From: Candidatus Latescibacterota bacterium
GTDB taxonomy: Bacteria > Latescibacterota > UBA2968 > GCA-2709665
Direction of reading: 5' to 3'
Length of the DNA: 64,000 nt
Assembly: GCA_965203805.1 (NCBI GenBank)
Contig: OZ241917.1
Location: forward strand, 1,856,001-1,920,000
Positions 10,338 to 20,142 of the stretch are shown here, piece by piece. Each line of letters begins with the position of its first letter. Within the stretch, counting starts at the first letter, position 1. Position numbers and translations under genes: made by a program. The notes below the pieces were generated by a model that saw only the letters and a list, made by a program, of their open reading frames with translations, had not been told where the DNA came from and made no database searches.

Positions 10338-11183
10338 TCAATTGTTGTCGCCGTCCGATACCCTCAGACAAGATCTGACATACTCCAGATTCCTCAGGCT
10401 GTTTGCCGCCAGCCCGGCAAACTCCGGATCGGCCACCTCGAACGCATCAGGACTGATGTCCAGGTGTGTTTCCACCACAACAAAGCCCTCGTACCCGTCG
10501 GCGCAAAGGGCATCCAGCTGTCCCGGCCAGTTTACGACGCCCTCCTCCGCCAGACACCATGCGCCCGTGCCCGGATCGAAATTCTTCACGTGCACGTGAG
10601 TTACCAGTCCTTTCAGGTCCAAATATTCGTCAGGGTAGGGTGAGCCAGTACCCGCCCGGGCCGAATTTCCGGGATCCCAGCAGAGCGAAATGCGGTCCTC
10701 GCCCACCTGTCGTATAAGCGAAGCCGCCTCGGCGCCGGTTGCCCCCCAGCAGACCGCCTCGTTCTCCAGCGCCAGGCGACATCCCTCCCTTTCCGCAGTG
10801 TCCGCCATCTGTCCCAGCCGATCCACAACCGCCGCCGGATGTCGCGCCGCCGCCGTCCGCTCGAATGCGAAGCAGGACACCCGATCGGTACCCAGTCGAC
10901 GCGCCCATTCGCACGCCCTGGGCAGCGAGTTGTCCAGCTGTTCGTCGACGCCGGGGTCGTCCAGCGCTCCTTTGAAAAACCCCGGGGAAACCCCGGAAAC
11001 GCCCAGACCGGCATCGCTGATCAGCGCATGAAAGCCGGTCAGTTCCCTGTCGCTCACAGCTGGAAACCGCCCACCCGCCAGCTGCCGCACCTCCACGTGC
11101 GTGACTCCCCAATCCGCGGCGAGGGATATCGCCCGTTCCGGGTCGTTACGATCGATTTCATCGGCAAAAACCGAGATTTGCAT
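10338..11183 (-). CDS. Sugar phosphate isomerase/epimerase (xylose isomerase-like TIM barrel)
   Basis: LALENE, WDPGN, HVHVK and VETH motifs. Confidence 0.85.
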   Translation of the reverse strand: MQISVFADEIDRNDPERAISLAADWGVTHVEVRQLAGGRFPAVSDRELTGFHALISDAGLGVSGVSPGFFKGALDDPGVDEQLDNSLPRACEWARRLGTDRVSCFAFERTAAARHPAAVVDRLGQMADTAEREGCRLALENEAVCWGATGAEAASLIRQVGEDRISLCWDPGNSARAGTGSPYPDEYLDLKGLVTHVHVKNFDPGTGAWCLAEEGVVNWPGQLDALCADGYEGFVVVETHLDISPDAFEVADPEFAGLAANSLRNLEYVRSCLRVSDGDNN

Positions 11184-11230
11184 TCTATTCTCCTCGCCGC
11201 GCCGGTCTTGTAAGACGCGCATCCCGATAC

Positions 11231-12013
11231 TCAGGAGTTCATGGCACGCAACCCCTCAATCAAATCCGCCGAAGTGATCGAGTACTTTCCGAACATTTCC
11301 AGAAACAGGATCGCGCCGCGAGTCTGCCACAACCCGTCCTGCGTTTCGAACGACTCCATGCCCGTCCCGCAATCCCGCAGGATGATGACCTCGTACCCGC
11401 GTTTGCTCATTTCGACCGTGCCGTAGTCCCTCAACAGGATACACGCGTTGGTATTGAACCCCAGAAAGAACAGGAACAGGATCCCCTCGCGCCTGCAATA
11501 CCGGTGCAACTCCTCCCCGTTGTAGATGACAGCCTCGCCGTCTTCCACGTCCACCAGCGGATGCATCCGCCGCCTGGAACGCATTTCGACAATTTCCGGC
11601 TCTCTCGGCTCCTCGGGTCTGGCATAGGCGGCAAAAGCGCCGGTCTTGGACCTGAACTCGCGGGGCGGCCACGTTTCACCCGAACCGGTCGACTCTGAGG
11701 GATCGTCGATCAACTTCACCCAGGCCGGATGATGTTCGGCCAGTCCCGGCGCAGGCGCGTGGATCAGCTGCATTCCGGCGCTGCGGCAGGCCTCGAGCAG
11801 CGGTACGATGCGCGCCGCAATGATCGCGTCCGCCCGATCCGCCGGCTCCTTCAAGTAATGCTCCTCCCACACGTCCACCAGCACCAGCGCGGACTGAGCA
11901 AGCGGCACGCGCCAGTCCAGATGGTCGTAGTCCGTGTTCTTTTCCTCCCAGGGCTCGCCGGGGTCCACGTGCCACCGGTAATACCGGGGCCTGATATGCA
12001 GTTCCTTTTCCAT
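11231..12013 (-). CDS. Isochorismatase-like hydrolase (second copy)
   Basis: LVLVDVW, GFNTNACIL and ILRDC; similar to 8591..9322. Confidence 0.75.
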   Translation of the reverse strand: MEKELHIRPRYYRWHVDPGEPWEEKNTDYDHLDWRVPLAQSALVLVDVWEEHYLKEPADRADAIIAARIVPLLEACRSAGMQLIHAPAPGLAEHHPAWVKLIDDPSESTGSGETWPPREFRSKTGAFAAYARPEEPREPEIVEMRSRRRMHPLVDVEDGEAVIYNGEELHRYCRREGILFLFFLGFNTNACILLRDYGTVEMSKRGYEVIILRDCGTGMESFETQDGLWQTRGAILFLEMFGKYSITSADLIEGLRAMNS

Positions 12014-12094
12014 AATTGCTCCTCGGTGAAAGGGCGCCGGAGAACACAGCATCTCTCGTCTTCCTTACCAGTCGCCTGAGGTTTTCTCCTGAAG

Positions 12095-12898
12095 TTACAT
12101 GTCCGCCGTCAGCGTCAGGGTGTCTTTGCCTTCCAGACCGGCAACCACCGGAAACGTCATTCGGTGAGGACCCTTCTTGCCCGGCACATACCGCACCGAC
12201 GGTGGAAAGTAGGCATACAGCGCGGTGTGGCGCGGAAACGGCGACGGATTCGGACCGGACCCGTGTACCGTCAACGAGTGAAACAACACGGCATCGCCCG
12301 CCCCCAGCGGAACGTCGGTTTTTTCGGACAGATCCACGTCATCCCGATCCGTTAGCGCCTCATTCTGGCGGCGGGCGATTCGTCCCCATGACTGCAGCCC
12401 CCATCTGTGGCTTCGGGGCAGCACCTGGATGCACCCGTTTTCGGAACTGGCATCGGTCAGCGCAACGCTGACTGTGACCAGTGCCGGGGGATTCATCGGC
12501 CAGTACGCGGAATCCTGGTGCAACCCATGCGACGACCCATGAAACGCCGGCTTCAGCATCAGCGTACTGCGGAACAGGAGCAGGTCGGGACCCAAAAGAG
12601 ATCCGACGAGGCGAATGAGCCGCGGATGTGCGGCCAGATTTCTGAAGACCTCCGAAAAGTCCCGCGTTTGCTCGATCTTTCGCAGGACCGGCAAGCCCTT
12701 CCGCGCGGCCGTATCCGCGTAGGGCTCAAGTTGAAAGTGACGCGCTCCGGGATCGCCCCGGTCCTGCAGATCGACCGCCACTCGATGAAGGCGCTCGATC
12801 TCCCGCTCACACGAGGCCACCTCTTCGGCGGAAAGCAACGCCCTCGCCACGAGATAGCCGTCTTCTTCGAATCGGATCTTCTGTACATCCGGATCCAT
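12095..12898 (-). CDS. Phytanoyl-CoA dioxygenase (PhyH) family Fe(II)/2OG dioxygenase
   Basis: FEEDGY, HQD..YWP, ENGC and HGSGPN.S..R motifs. Confidence 0.9.
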   Translation of the reverse strand: MDPDVQKIRFEEDGYLVARALLSAEEVASCEREIERLHRVAVDLQDRGDPGARHFQLEPYADTAARKGLPVLRKIEQTRDFSEVFRNLAAHPRLIRLVGSLLGPDLLLFRSTLMLKPAFHGSSHGLHQDSAYWPMNPPALVTVSVALTDASSENGCIQVLPRSHRWGLQSWGRIARRQNEALTDRDDVDLSEKTDVPLGAGDAVLFHSLTVHGSGPNPSPFPRHTALYAYFPPSVRYVPGKKGPHRMTFPVVAGLEGKDTLTLTADM

Positions 12899-13012
12899 CT
12901 TTACCCCGCGCAATTGGGGTTGTGGACTGCGTTAGCAAAACCGTACAAAACGAAACCGCCTCTGTCAAACACAAAACCATGAGGCGGTCGGAACGATGTG
13001 GTTGCAGAACCC

Positions 13013-15199
13013 TTACCCCGGATTCAGAACAAGCCAGGACCTCAATGCCGGCGCCTGCGGGTGGTTCGGCGCCATATCCAGGACTTTTCTGAAGTTGATA
13101 CGGGTTTTCTGCGCGTCCCCTAACGTGTGATAGACAACGCCCAGGTTGTAATATCCCTCCGCGTAGCCGGGATCCAGAGCCACGGCTTGCTCATAGGCGG
13201 ATATCGCCCGTTGATAGTCCCCCATCCCGTGGTACGCGTTTCCGAGATTCGAGTGCGCCCTGGAATAATCCGGTTTCAGCGCAATCGCCTTGCGGTAGGC
13301 CCTGGCGGCCGCAGCGAACTGTCCCGTTCTGTAGCGCAGATCGCCAAGATTGTAATATGCCTTCACAAACTGCGGTCTCAATCCAATCGCCTTCTCGAAA
13401 TATCCCGCCGCTTTGTCATATTCCCTCAGGCCGTACCAGGCGTTGCCTGCCTGGAAGTGGGCTTCCGCGAAGTCCGGCTTCCGTGCAATCGCGCTCTCGA
13501 AGCTGGCGACTGCCCGTTCGTAGTTCTCGGTATCGAAGTACAGGTTGCCCAGGTTAAAATATGCTTCCACGAAGTCGGGCTTCAGCGCAATCACCTTTTC
13601 AAAATAGGCCTCGGCACGATCGTACCGCTTCATGTCATAGTACAAATTGCCAAGATTGTAATAGCTCCCGGCAAACTCCGGTTCGACTTCAACAACCTTC
13701 TCGTACGCCCGGATCGCCTGTGCGTTCCTGCCGCGGTCCCTGTGATAGACCGCGAGCGTTTCCCAGCCGTGCGACCTGGCGTGCGCCGACAGGAATTCTC
13801 CATTCAGTTGTCCGGAAAAGCGCGCCTCCGCGGAAGAGACGTCCGCGTTCGTGCCAATCCAGAACAGCGTGTGCAAAGCCGCGGCCGAATAAATCAGCGC
13901 GGCGGTGTTGGGCGAAACGAGCCGATTTCGAATGTTTCGGACAGCAGTCATCGCCGCCCAGAGCGTAAGGGGCAAAGCGGAAAAGGCGAATACATCCCAA
14001 TCCCGGAAAGCGCCGAGCTCAGGGTTGGCGACAACCGTAAAAAGTACCGGAAACAGCGCGGCAACCAGAACGAACTGCCGATTGGAACCGTGCGGCCAAC
14101 CCCTGATCCGGCACAGAAGCAGGACCATAAGAAAAGACGGCGCAACGAGGACGTATTGATTTACGAAATCAATCAGCTTACCGATTGAGAACATCGTGTA
14201 GTGCTGCTTGGGACCGGGTTCCGCAAACAGGTTCAGAATATAAAACCCCTGTCGTTTCTGCAGATACGCGATCAGGTCAAATTGGATCAACAGAAGCACG
14301 GCAAAGAAGACGATTCCGCTTGACAGAATAGCGAGCGCCGCATTCACCGCCGACCGGCCGCGCGTTGCGGAGCCGGAGGTCCCGTCCGCCCGGACTTTGA
14401 GTATTGCCAGCGCCAGAAGGGAGGGCGCGAGCGTCATCATTGTAATATGGAGCGCCATCAGCACGCCAAGCAACGCCGCGGGCGCCCACAACGCCGCCCG
14501 GTCTTCGATCGTCCGGATCCCCAGGAGCAGGTAAAGCAGCATAAACGGGAACAGAAACGCGTAATTCTCGACGTACCCGAAAAAAAGCTGCATGTACCCG
14601 GCTCCGAGCAGAAAAGCCACCGTCAGAATTCGCTCAAGGGCGTCCTTTCCCAGGAGCCGCGCGGCATAACCCACAGCCACCAGATACAGGACTCCGGACA
14701 CGCAGCTGAATACCCGATACGTGGTCTCGGCGGATTCCCAGATCGGCGCGCCCGCCCGATGGAGTCCACGGATGATCCAGAACGTCAGCGGCGCGCGGTC
14801 CGTTCTCGGGATATCCGACCAGAAATCATCCAATTCGCGCATCAGCATGATCCCGTCGCCGAGTAAATGCACCGCGGAACGCATGCCCCAGAATACCAGA
14901 AGACCAACAAACAAAAGGAGGCCCCAGGACACCGCGGCTCGCCGGAATCCGGTACCCTGGCTGGATAACCGGGCGAACGCCGACGTCCACCGCCCCAGTC
15001 GGTTCCGGGCGGCCAGGAAAAGCAACGCCGCGCTCAACAGAACGAAAATCGTCCGGGGCCCGACACCCTGGAACCGCAGAAAATCCGCACCCCAGACCGG
15101 CACGGGCTGCCAGTAAGAGAACAGCACATGCAGGCCCAGAAAGAGCCCCACCACAACGATGGGCCTACCGGATTCCGTTCGGCCTTCTTTGCGTCGCAT
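13013..15199 (-). CDS. Multi-pass membrane protein (GT-C-like) with C-terminal TPR array
   Basis: Many hydrophobic segments, LLGDG loop and FFGYVENY, then about 7 AYYNLG-type TPRs. Confidence 0.75.
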   Translation of the reverse strand: MRRKEGRTESGRPIVVVGLFLGLHVLFSYWQPVPVWGADFLRFQGVGPRTIFVLLSAALLFLAARNRLGRWTSAFARLSSQGTGFRRAAVSWGLLLFVGLLVFWGMRSAVHLLGDGIMLMRELDDFWSDIPRTDRAPLTFWIIRGLHRAGAPIWESAETTYRVFSCVSGVLYLVAVGYAARLLGKDALERILTVAFLLGAGYMQLFFGYVENYAFLFPFMLLYLLLGIRTIEDRAALWAPAALLGVLMALHITMMTLAPSLLALAILKVRADGTSGSATRGRSAVNAALAILSSGIVFFAVLLLIQFDLIAYLQKRQGFYILNLFAEPGPKQHYTMFSIGKLIDFVNQYVLVAPSFLMVLLLCRIRGWPHGSNRQFVLVAALFPVLFTVVANPELGAFRDWDVFAFSALPLTLWAAMTAVRNIRNRLVSPNTAALIYSAAALHTLFWIGTNADVSSAEARFSGQLNGEFLSAHARSHGWETLAVYHRDRGRNAQAIRAYEKVVEVEPEFAGSYYNLGNLYYDMKRYDRAEAYFEKVIALKPDFVEAYFNLGNLYFDTENYERAVASFESAIARKPDFAEAHFQAGNAWYGLREYDKAAGYFEKAIGLRPQFVKAYYNLGDLRYRTGQFAAAARAYRKAIALKPDYSRAHSNLGNAYHGMGDYQRAISAYEQAVALDPGYAEGYYNLGVVYHTLGDAQKTRINFRKVLDMAPNHPQAPALRSWLVLNPG

Positions 15200-15254
15200 A
15201 TCCGTCCATTCTCAAGTCTAAAGCCAAATCGCAAGCGTTGGCGATCTGCGCCGG

Positions 15255-17804
15255 TCAATCGCCATCCGATCCGCCCGGAGCGCTCGGGGAAGTACGCCGC
15301 ACGAACCGTGGACCGATCAATACCGCCACGGCGGCCAGCAATAACATCACGTCGACAATCAGCAGGGAGAATCTCAGCGGCGACAGCCTGGGCTCCAGTA
15401 CGATCCGGCTCTCACCAGGACCGAGTTTCAGCGCCACAAAGTGACCGGCTGTCGTATACGCCCGCGCGTCGCGTCCGTTCACGGTAACCCGCTGGTAGGG
15501 ATAGGCCGTGTATGCCAGCCGCGCAAAACAGGCCGCGCTGGAATGTACGACCAGTTCGACCCGCTGGTTCCATACCCGATGGGCGAGAACCTCCACCCGA
15601 GGCGATGTACCCAGGTCTTCCGCCGCGTTTGCGTCGGCGAGAAGAATCTGCCTGCACGTTCGGTTCCGGATATCGACGTCCATCGCCTGCAGCAGCTTCA
15701 CGAAATCGCCGAGTGCACGGGTCTGCATCCTGCGCGCTTCACGCTCATCGACGTCCGAGCCGGACCGGGCACGCGCCATGTCCAGCTCCCGGACGGGATA
15801 GGACCATCCCGAAATCTTCGACGACACAACAACAGGACTGGCTTCAGGGAATTCCCTGTGGAAAATCCGGTCCTGCTCCGAATCGGAGTACAGCAGGTGG
15901 CGGGTGTTCATGAGGAAAAGTCCGACGCGGATCATGTCGACCCCCGGCATTTCATTCAGGTCTGCATTCTCTTCCAGGCGCTGCAGTGAAAGGTGAAGCA
16001 CATCCTGGAAACGCCGGACAAAGGCAGGTACCGACAGCGGGTACTGCGTGAATGTATCCAAAGGTGTCGCGAGGCCGGTCTGAAGTGCCAGCCAGGGTAT
16101 GATGAAGTGGTAATAGATCTTATTCGTCGTATGGAACAGCCGGTGACCGGGAAGCTGCCCGTCTCCATAGGCTGCAAGCTCTTCCCGGAACTGTTTGTAA
16201 ACGGGACGATGCTGCAAGGGCAGCGGCTTCACAAGCGGCCAGGCATTCGGGTCCCGTCGCAGGTCCTGCAAGGCACGCGGACCGATATTCGACGCCGCAC
16301 CAGGGTCCCGGTACGGCTGTTGAAAGGTGGTTGGCCCCAGGTCCGCCAGGATCACCACGAGAATCGCCACGAAGACCCCGACGGGGCGTTTCCGTCCTGA
16401 AGCGCGCACGGAGGTAAACAACCCAACGAGCACGGCGACGAAGAACACCACGAACAGCAGGTACCGGGAGGCGTTCATCGCCTGCACCACCCCCAGGGAC
16501 TTGAGTACGGGCCATCGGTACCCGAAAACCAGCAACAGCGAACCGGCCAGGCAAAGGCCAACCGGAAGTCCGGCAGCGCGCACTCCCAAGCGTTCGCTCC
16601 GGATAATCCGTACCAGCGCCCACAACGCAATCGCGACCAGGCTTATCCCGAGATACCCGCCGTACCAGTGTTCCTGGGCCTGAAACAGCCGGAACCGGTA
16701 ATTGGACCAGAACAACAGATGCCGCCAGGAGGGCGCCGGGAATTCGGACATGTAAAACCCGGCATGAAGTCCCGTCAATCCCCGTTCCAGGTACATTGGT
16801 ACCGTCAAATAAGCCCCCAGCAACACGCCTCCCCCGAAAAGCAGCAGACCGTGTCGAATCGAGAACGGCGTGTCTTCGCGACGGGTCATTCGGCACCTGG
16901 CAAATGCATACACCCCAAGAAACGCCGTCGCCCAGAAGCCGTAACCCGGATGGGTAACATGCAGACAGCCCAGTGCAAGGCCGCCGCCGACGCCCTGGGC
17001 CAGCCGGTTTGGATGATTTCGCAGTCCCTCCCAGAAGTAGAACGGCAATGGCAGCAGGGCATAGAACAGCGAGAGCGGCAACCTGCCCATAATGAGGACC
17101 TGCTGCGTATGCCAGAAACTCAACACGTACGCAAGCCCCGCCGCGAAACCGGCCGGGCGCGACCCGGTCAGCCGCTGGACGAAGAGGTACGCTGCGAGCC
17201 CGGACAGGGCGTGGGCGGCCCCGAGCACGAACTTGATCGACGAAAACGGCGCCTGGAAAACCAGATTCACCAGCCCGACCAGGTAGTAAAACAGGAAACC
17301 GTAAAACTGCAGGTAGGGCGTGCCGTTACAGAAGTAGTGGGTCCAGATGGGGACCTCACCCTGCGCCATTGACGTTGCCGCCAGCCAGGCGTAGGTCACA
17401 TGCAGATAGGTGTCGGCGCCATGGGCGAATTCCCCATCGGCAAAATAAAAGCGAACCAGAATCAGACTCCCCGCAACGAGGAGCAGGACCGTTCGCTTTT
17501 CGCTTACGAAAACATGGTCGAAAAAAACCGAGAGCCGCCGCTTGCGCAGCTCCAGGAAAACCAGCAGCGATCCCACCGTAACGATAAGAAACAGCAGCGA
17601 GACATCTATCGCGTTGAACTTCACGAACCGCGAAACGACAGCGAGAAAACCCTGAAGACTCTGATACCTCAGGCCCGGTCGTAGAACACCGAATTTATCC
17701 AGTGTCACGTACTGGAAGATAATCAGCAGCCCTGCCAGCAACGCCAGCAGGGCCGACACGTCCACGGGCCATCCGGTGTTTTTGCGTCCCTCAGGCCGTT
17801 TCAA
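15255..17804 (-). CDS. Membrane protein, PTPS-related/YfhO-like GT-C glycosyltransferase
   Basis: D..H then W...F..GTP.LQFYG; many TM helices; GGYLG; YfhO-like C-terminus (YPYQRVTVNG...LGPGES). Confidence 0.7.
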   Translation of the reverse strand: MKRPEGRKNTGWPVDVSALLALLAGLLIIFQYVTLDKFGVLRPGLRYQSLQGFLAVVSRFVKFNAIDVSLLFLIVTVGSLLVFLELRKRRLSVFFDHVFVSEKRTVLLLVAGSLILVRFYFADGEFAHGADTYLHVTYAWLAATSMAQGEVPIWTHYFCNGTPYLQFYGFLFYYLVGLVNLVFQAPFSSIKFVLGAAHALSGLAAYLFVQRLTGSRPAGFAAGLAYVLSFWHTQQVLIMGRLPLSLFYALLPLPFYFWEGLRNHPNRLAQGVGGGLALGCLHVTHPGYGFWATAFLGVYAFARCRMTRREDTPFSIRHGLLLFGGGVLLGAYLTVPMYLERGLTGLHAGFYMSEFPAPSWRHLLFWSNYRFRLFQAQEHWYGGYLGISLVAIALWALVRIIRSERLGVRAAGLPVGLCLAGSLLLVFGYRWPVLKSLGVVQAMNASRYLLFVVFFVAVLVGLFTSVRASGRKRPVGVFVAILVVILADLGPTTFQQPYRDPGAASNIGPRALQDLRRDPNAWPLVKPLPLQHRPVYKQFREELAAYGDGQLPGHRLFHTTNKIYYHFIIPWLALQTGLATPLDTFTQYPLSVPAFVRRFQDVLHLSLQRLEENADLNEMPGVDMIRVGLFLMNTRHLLYSDSEQDRIFHREFPEASPVVVSSKISGWSYPVRELDMARARSGSDVDEREARRMQTRALGDFVKLLQAMDVDIRNRTCRQILLADANAAEDLGTSPRVEVLAHRVWNQRVELVVHSSAACFARLAYTAYPYQRVTVNGRDARAYTTAGHFVALKLGPGESRIVLEPRLSPLRFSLLIVDVMLLLAAVAVLIGPRFVRRTSPSAPGGSDGD

Positions 17805-17876
17805 TTCGTACTCCGAGTTTATCCGCCGAGTCGAGTGGCGAACGTAACCGGTGTTCGCCGCCTCACGACCTGGACT

Positions 17877-18515
17877 CTATTCGAAAGATATCCCAACTCG
17901 AGCAGGGAAGAGTTGCGTGCTTCCCCGCTCTCCTGTTGTAAAACCGACCTCAAACCGCCCTTCGACAAAGAGGTGTACCCGGTCCGTAAGCCGAATGTCG
18001 ATGCCGGCGCCGGCGTTTATCGCAAACCCGGTCCCGGATTGCCCGTCGACATGAATCTCAACGCCGCCAATTTCGGTACCCTGTATATCAGCTTCCGAAT
18101 ACGACAGCAACCCCAATCCGGCAACCGCATAGGGCACCGCCCTGACATCCAGGTCGTCCGAATCAATCGTCTTGGTGTATTTCATACTGGCGAAGGCACT
18201 GAAGAGGTGTTTCTGCCCGCCGCTGGTGCCAATCAAGACCTCGAGCGCTTCGTTCTCCGCCTTGAATTTTCCCTCATCCAAAGAGAAACGAGCGTATCCC
18301 AGACGGCCCTGGACGGCCAGGCTGGGGTGAACGAAATACTCCGCTCCCACACCCACGCCGATGCCGGGATACCAAAATTCCGAGACGGAAATCGATGCGG
18401 GAGCGGCGATTCCCGCCGTAACGAAATAGACCGGCTTCTGCTGCGCTTCCGCGTCGCCCGCCATCCCGCCGGACAACAATTGTACTGCGACAAAAACAGG
18501 CAACACTCTCATCAT
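17877..18515 (-). CDS. Outer-membrane beta-barrel protein (OmpA/OmpW-like, 8-stranded)
   Basis: Signal peptide, amphipathic strands PYAVAGLG and GAGIDI, aromatic penultimate residue; GGAGG before ATG 18515. Confidence 0.75.
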   Translation of the reverse strand: MMRVLPVFVAVQLLSGGMAGDAEAQQKPVYFVTAGIAAPASISVSEFWYPGIGVGVGAEYFVHPSLAVQGRLGYARFSLDEGKFKAENEALEVLIGTSGGQKHLFSAFASMKYTKTIDSDDLDVRAVPYAVAGLGLLSYSEADIQGTEIGGVEIHVDGQSGTGFAINAGAGIDIRLTDRVHLFVEGRFEVGFTTGERGSTQLFPARVGISFE

Positions 18516-18553
18516 AGAAGTCCTCCTTGTTTCGGTAGTTGTCCGCCTGCCGC

Positions 18554-19888
18554 CTAACCGCTTTCCTGCAGCCTCCGCCATCCCTGGAGGACGGACGGGA
18601 TCATCTGAACGGGCTGCCCGGCCTTGCAAAAGACCGCCCACAGCACGTCCCACACCTGCGGTTGCCACTGGCACAGATCGATCCAGTCCGCACACGGCGT
18701 GCTGTCCCCTTCCTTCCGGTCCACGCGTCCGCCGATGACCGGATCATCCAGCGACCCGTTCCACATCTGATCCAGCAGGGTATGCGCGAACCGCCTCATA
18801 TCGGCGTTGTTGAATACCACGCCGCGCCGGCAGGCATCGACGGCAAACCCGATATCGATCCGCCCGTGGCTGGTATCTTCAATGGCGCTGTGCCCGTGGG
18901 CGCCGGCCTCGTTCCAGTCCCAATAATACCAGGTATACGCCCTGCCCGTTTTCCAAAGATGCCGCTTGAAATTCCTCGCCATCCGCTGCGCACGATCCGC
19001 AAACAGCGGTTTCCGCGATACGCTCTGAAGCGACAGGTACGCCCGGGCCAGCGAGAGATACTGATTGTGCGGCATAATCCGGTTCGGAAACCGTTCCGTC
19101 ATCCAGGGAGAAAACCGGTACCCGCCGGACGCGGGCGATGAATCCACCCAGTCCCGTTCGTGCTTGTCGGCGATCTGCTTCCCGATAAAACGCAGGTACG
19201 CTCTCGCGCTGTCTCCGAATTCCGCCTTCAAGTCCGCATCCTTCAAGGCGTGTTCGACAAAGCGGCTCACCGGATGCAGAAACATCCCCTGGTGGACGAT
19301 ATACTCCAGCGGCTCGCCCGCGAAAACCTGGACCCAGAACCGATCTCCGGCGCGCGCCGCGCCCTGGATGCTGATCTTGAACGGCGCGAAACCGTCCAGC
19401 GTCGATCCCGGCCGGAACCGGCCGCCGGCCAACACCCGCCGCGTTCCGTATTCCTGCACGGCGTACCTTCGTCCCGGGAGAATCTCCACCACGCGAAGCG
19501 TATCCTGCGCCATGTCCCCGCCCCGGATCACCCACACCCGTTCCTCCTCGGGCGTGATGCAGGCCGTACCCCGGTTGTGCATCGACCCCGTTCTCACCAG
19601 CGCCACGGAATAGGTCGGCGTAACCCACGTCTCATAACCGTCCGCAAAGTGGTCCTGCCCTGTGGCAATCATCCTGTCGAAATGGTCCACGATCCTCTCC
19701 AGCCACCCCGCATCCCCTGTTGATTCGTAGAGCTTTACGTACGCATCCAGGAATCCGCTTTCGCCCCAGCCGAGGCTCCCGGAATCCGGGTTATCGGACT
19801 GGCCCTTGCCCTGGTTGTGCGATCGGTCATAGGCGGCGTATCGCTCGACCAGTTCGTCCCGATCAAATGGCGCTGCGCACCCGCTCAT
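18554..19888 (-). CDS. Hypothetical protein, possible (alpha/alpha)-barrel glycosidase/lyase-like
   Basis: Long ORF with GGAGG RBS; Trp/Tyr-rich helical repeats (LYESTGD..WL, W.YW, EDTSHG). Confidence 0.55.
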   Translation of the reverse strand: MSGCAAPFDRDELVERYAAYDRSHNQGKGQSDNPDSGSLGWGESGFLDAYVKLYESTGDAGWLERIVDHFDRMIATGQDHFADGYETWVTPTYSVALVRTGSMHNRGTACITPEEERVWVIRGGDMAQDTLRVVEILPGRRYAVQEYGTRRVLAGGRFRPGSTLDGFAPFKISIQGAARAGDRFWVQVFAGEPLEYIVHQGMFLHPVSRFVEHALKDADLKAEFGDSARAYLRFIGKQIADKHERDWVDSSPASGGYRFSPWMTERFPNRIMPHNQYLSLARAYLSLQSVSRKPLFADRAQRMARNFKRHLWKTGRAYTWYYWDWNEAGAHGHSAIEDTSHGRIDIGFAVDACRRGVVFNNADMRRFAHTLLDQMWNGSLDDPVIGGRVDRKEGDSTPCADWIDLCQWQPQVWDVLWAVFCKAGQPVQMIPSVLQGWRRLQESG

Positions 19889-19913
19889 AACAAACCTCCA
19901 GCCTTTCGGACAG

Positions 19914-19953
19914 AAGAAAAACCCGCCAGCCGCCTTCGGCCGCCGGGCCCGTC
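19914..19953 (-). terminator. Rho-independent terminator immediately upstream of the 19888 start
   Basis: Minus strand GGCCCGGCGGCC-GAA-GGCGGCTGGCGGG followed by TTTTTCTTCT. Confidence 0.6.
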
Positions 19954-19969
19954 TATTGATAAACACAAG

Positions 19970-20092
19970 CAGGGGAAGCGGTCAGTCCGCCCACCATCCG
20001 CAGGTTCGGGAGTCCGGCTGGGAAGGCGGGCGCTGAATGCTGATCTCTGAGTGCTCACATTGAATCTGCGGAGGCGCTACACCCGTCTTCCC
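19970..20092 (-). ncRNA. Candidate structured RNA (unassigned riboswitch-like leader or 6S-like hairpin)
   Basis: Nested complementarity: GGGAAGACGG pairs with CCGCTTCCCC, and TCCGCAGATTC pairs with GAACCTGCGGA; no ORF covers it. Confidence 0.4.
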
Positions 20093-20142
20093 ATACAAAT
20101 ATCAGCACTTTCGAGGTCGTCTTAGCGAGCCCTGAAAGCTAT

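Noticed and set aside
19970-20092. tRNA-Sec, TPP riboswitch or glmS ribozyme assignment for the structured element
   Set aside because: Only short words match (GGAAGA, GAACCTG, TAGCGCC); no cloverleaf or T-loop, and the remaining consensus is absent
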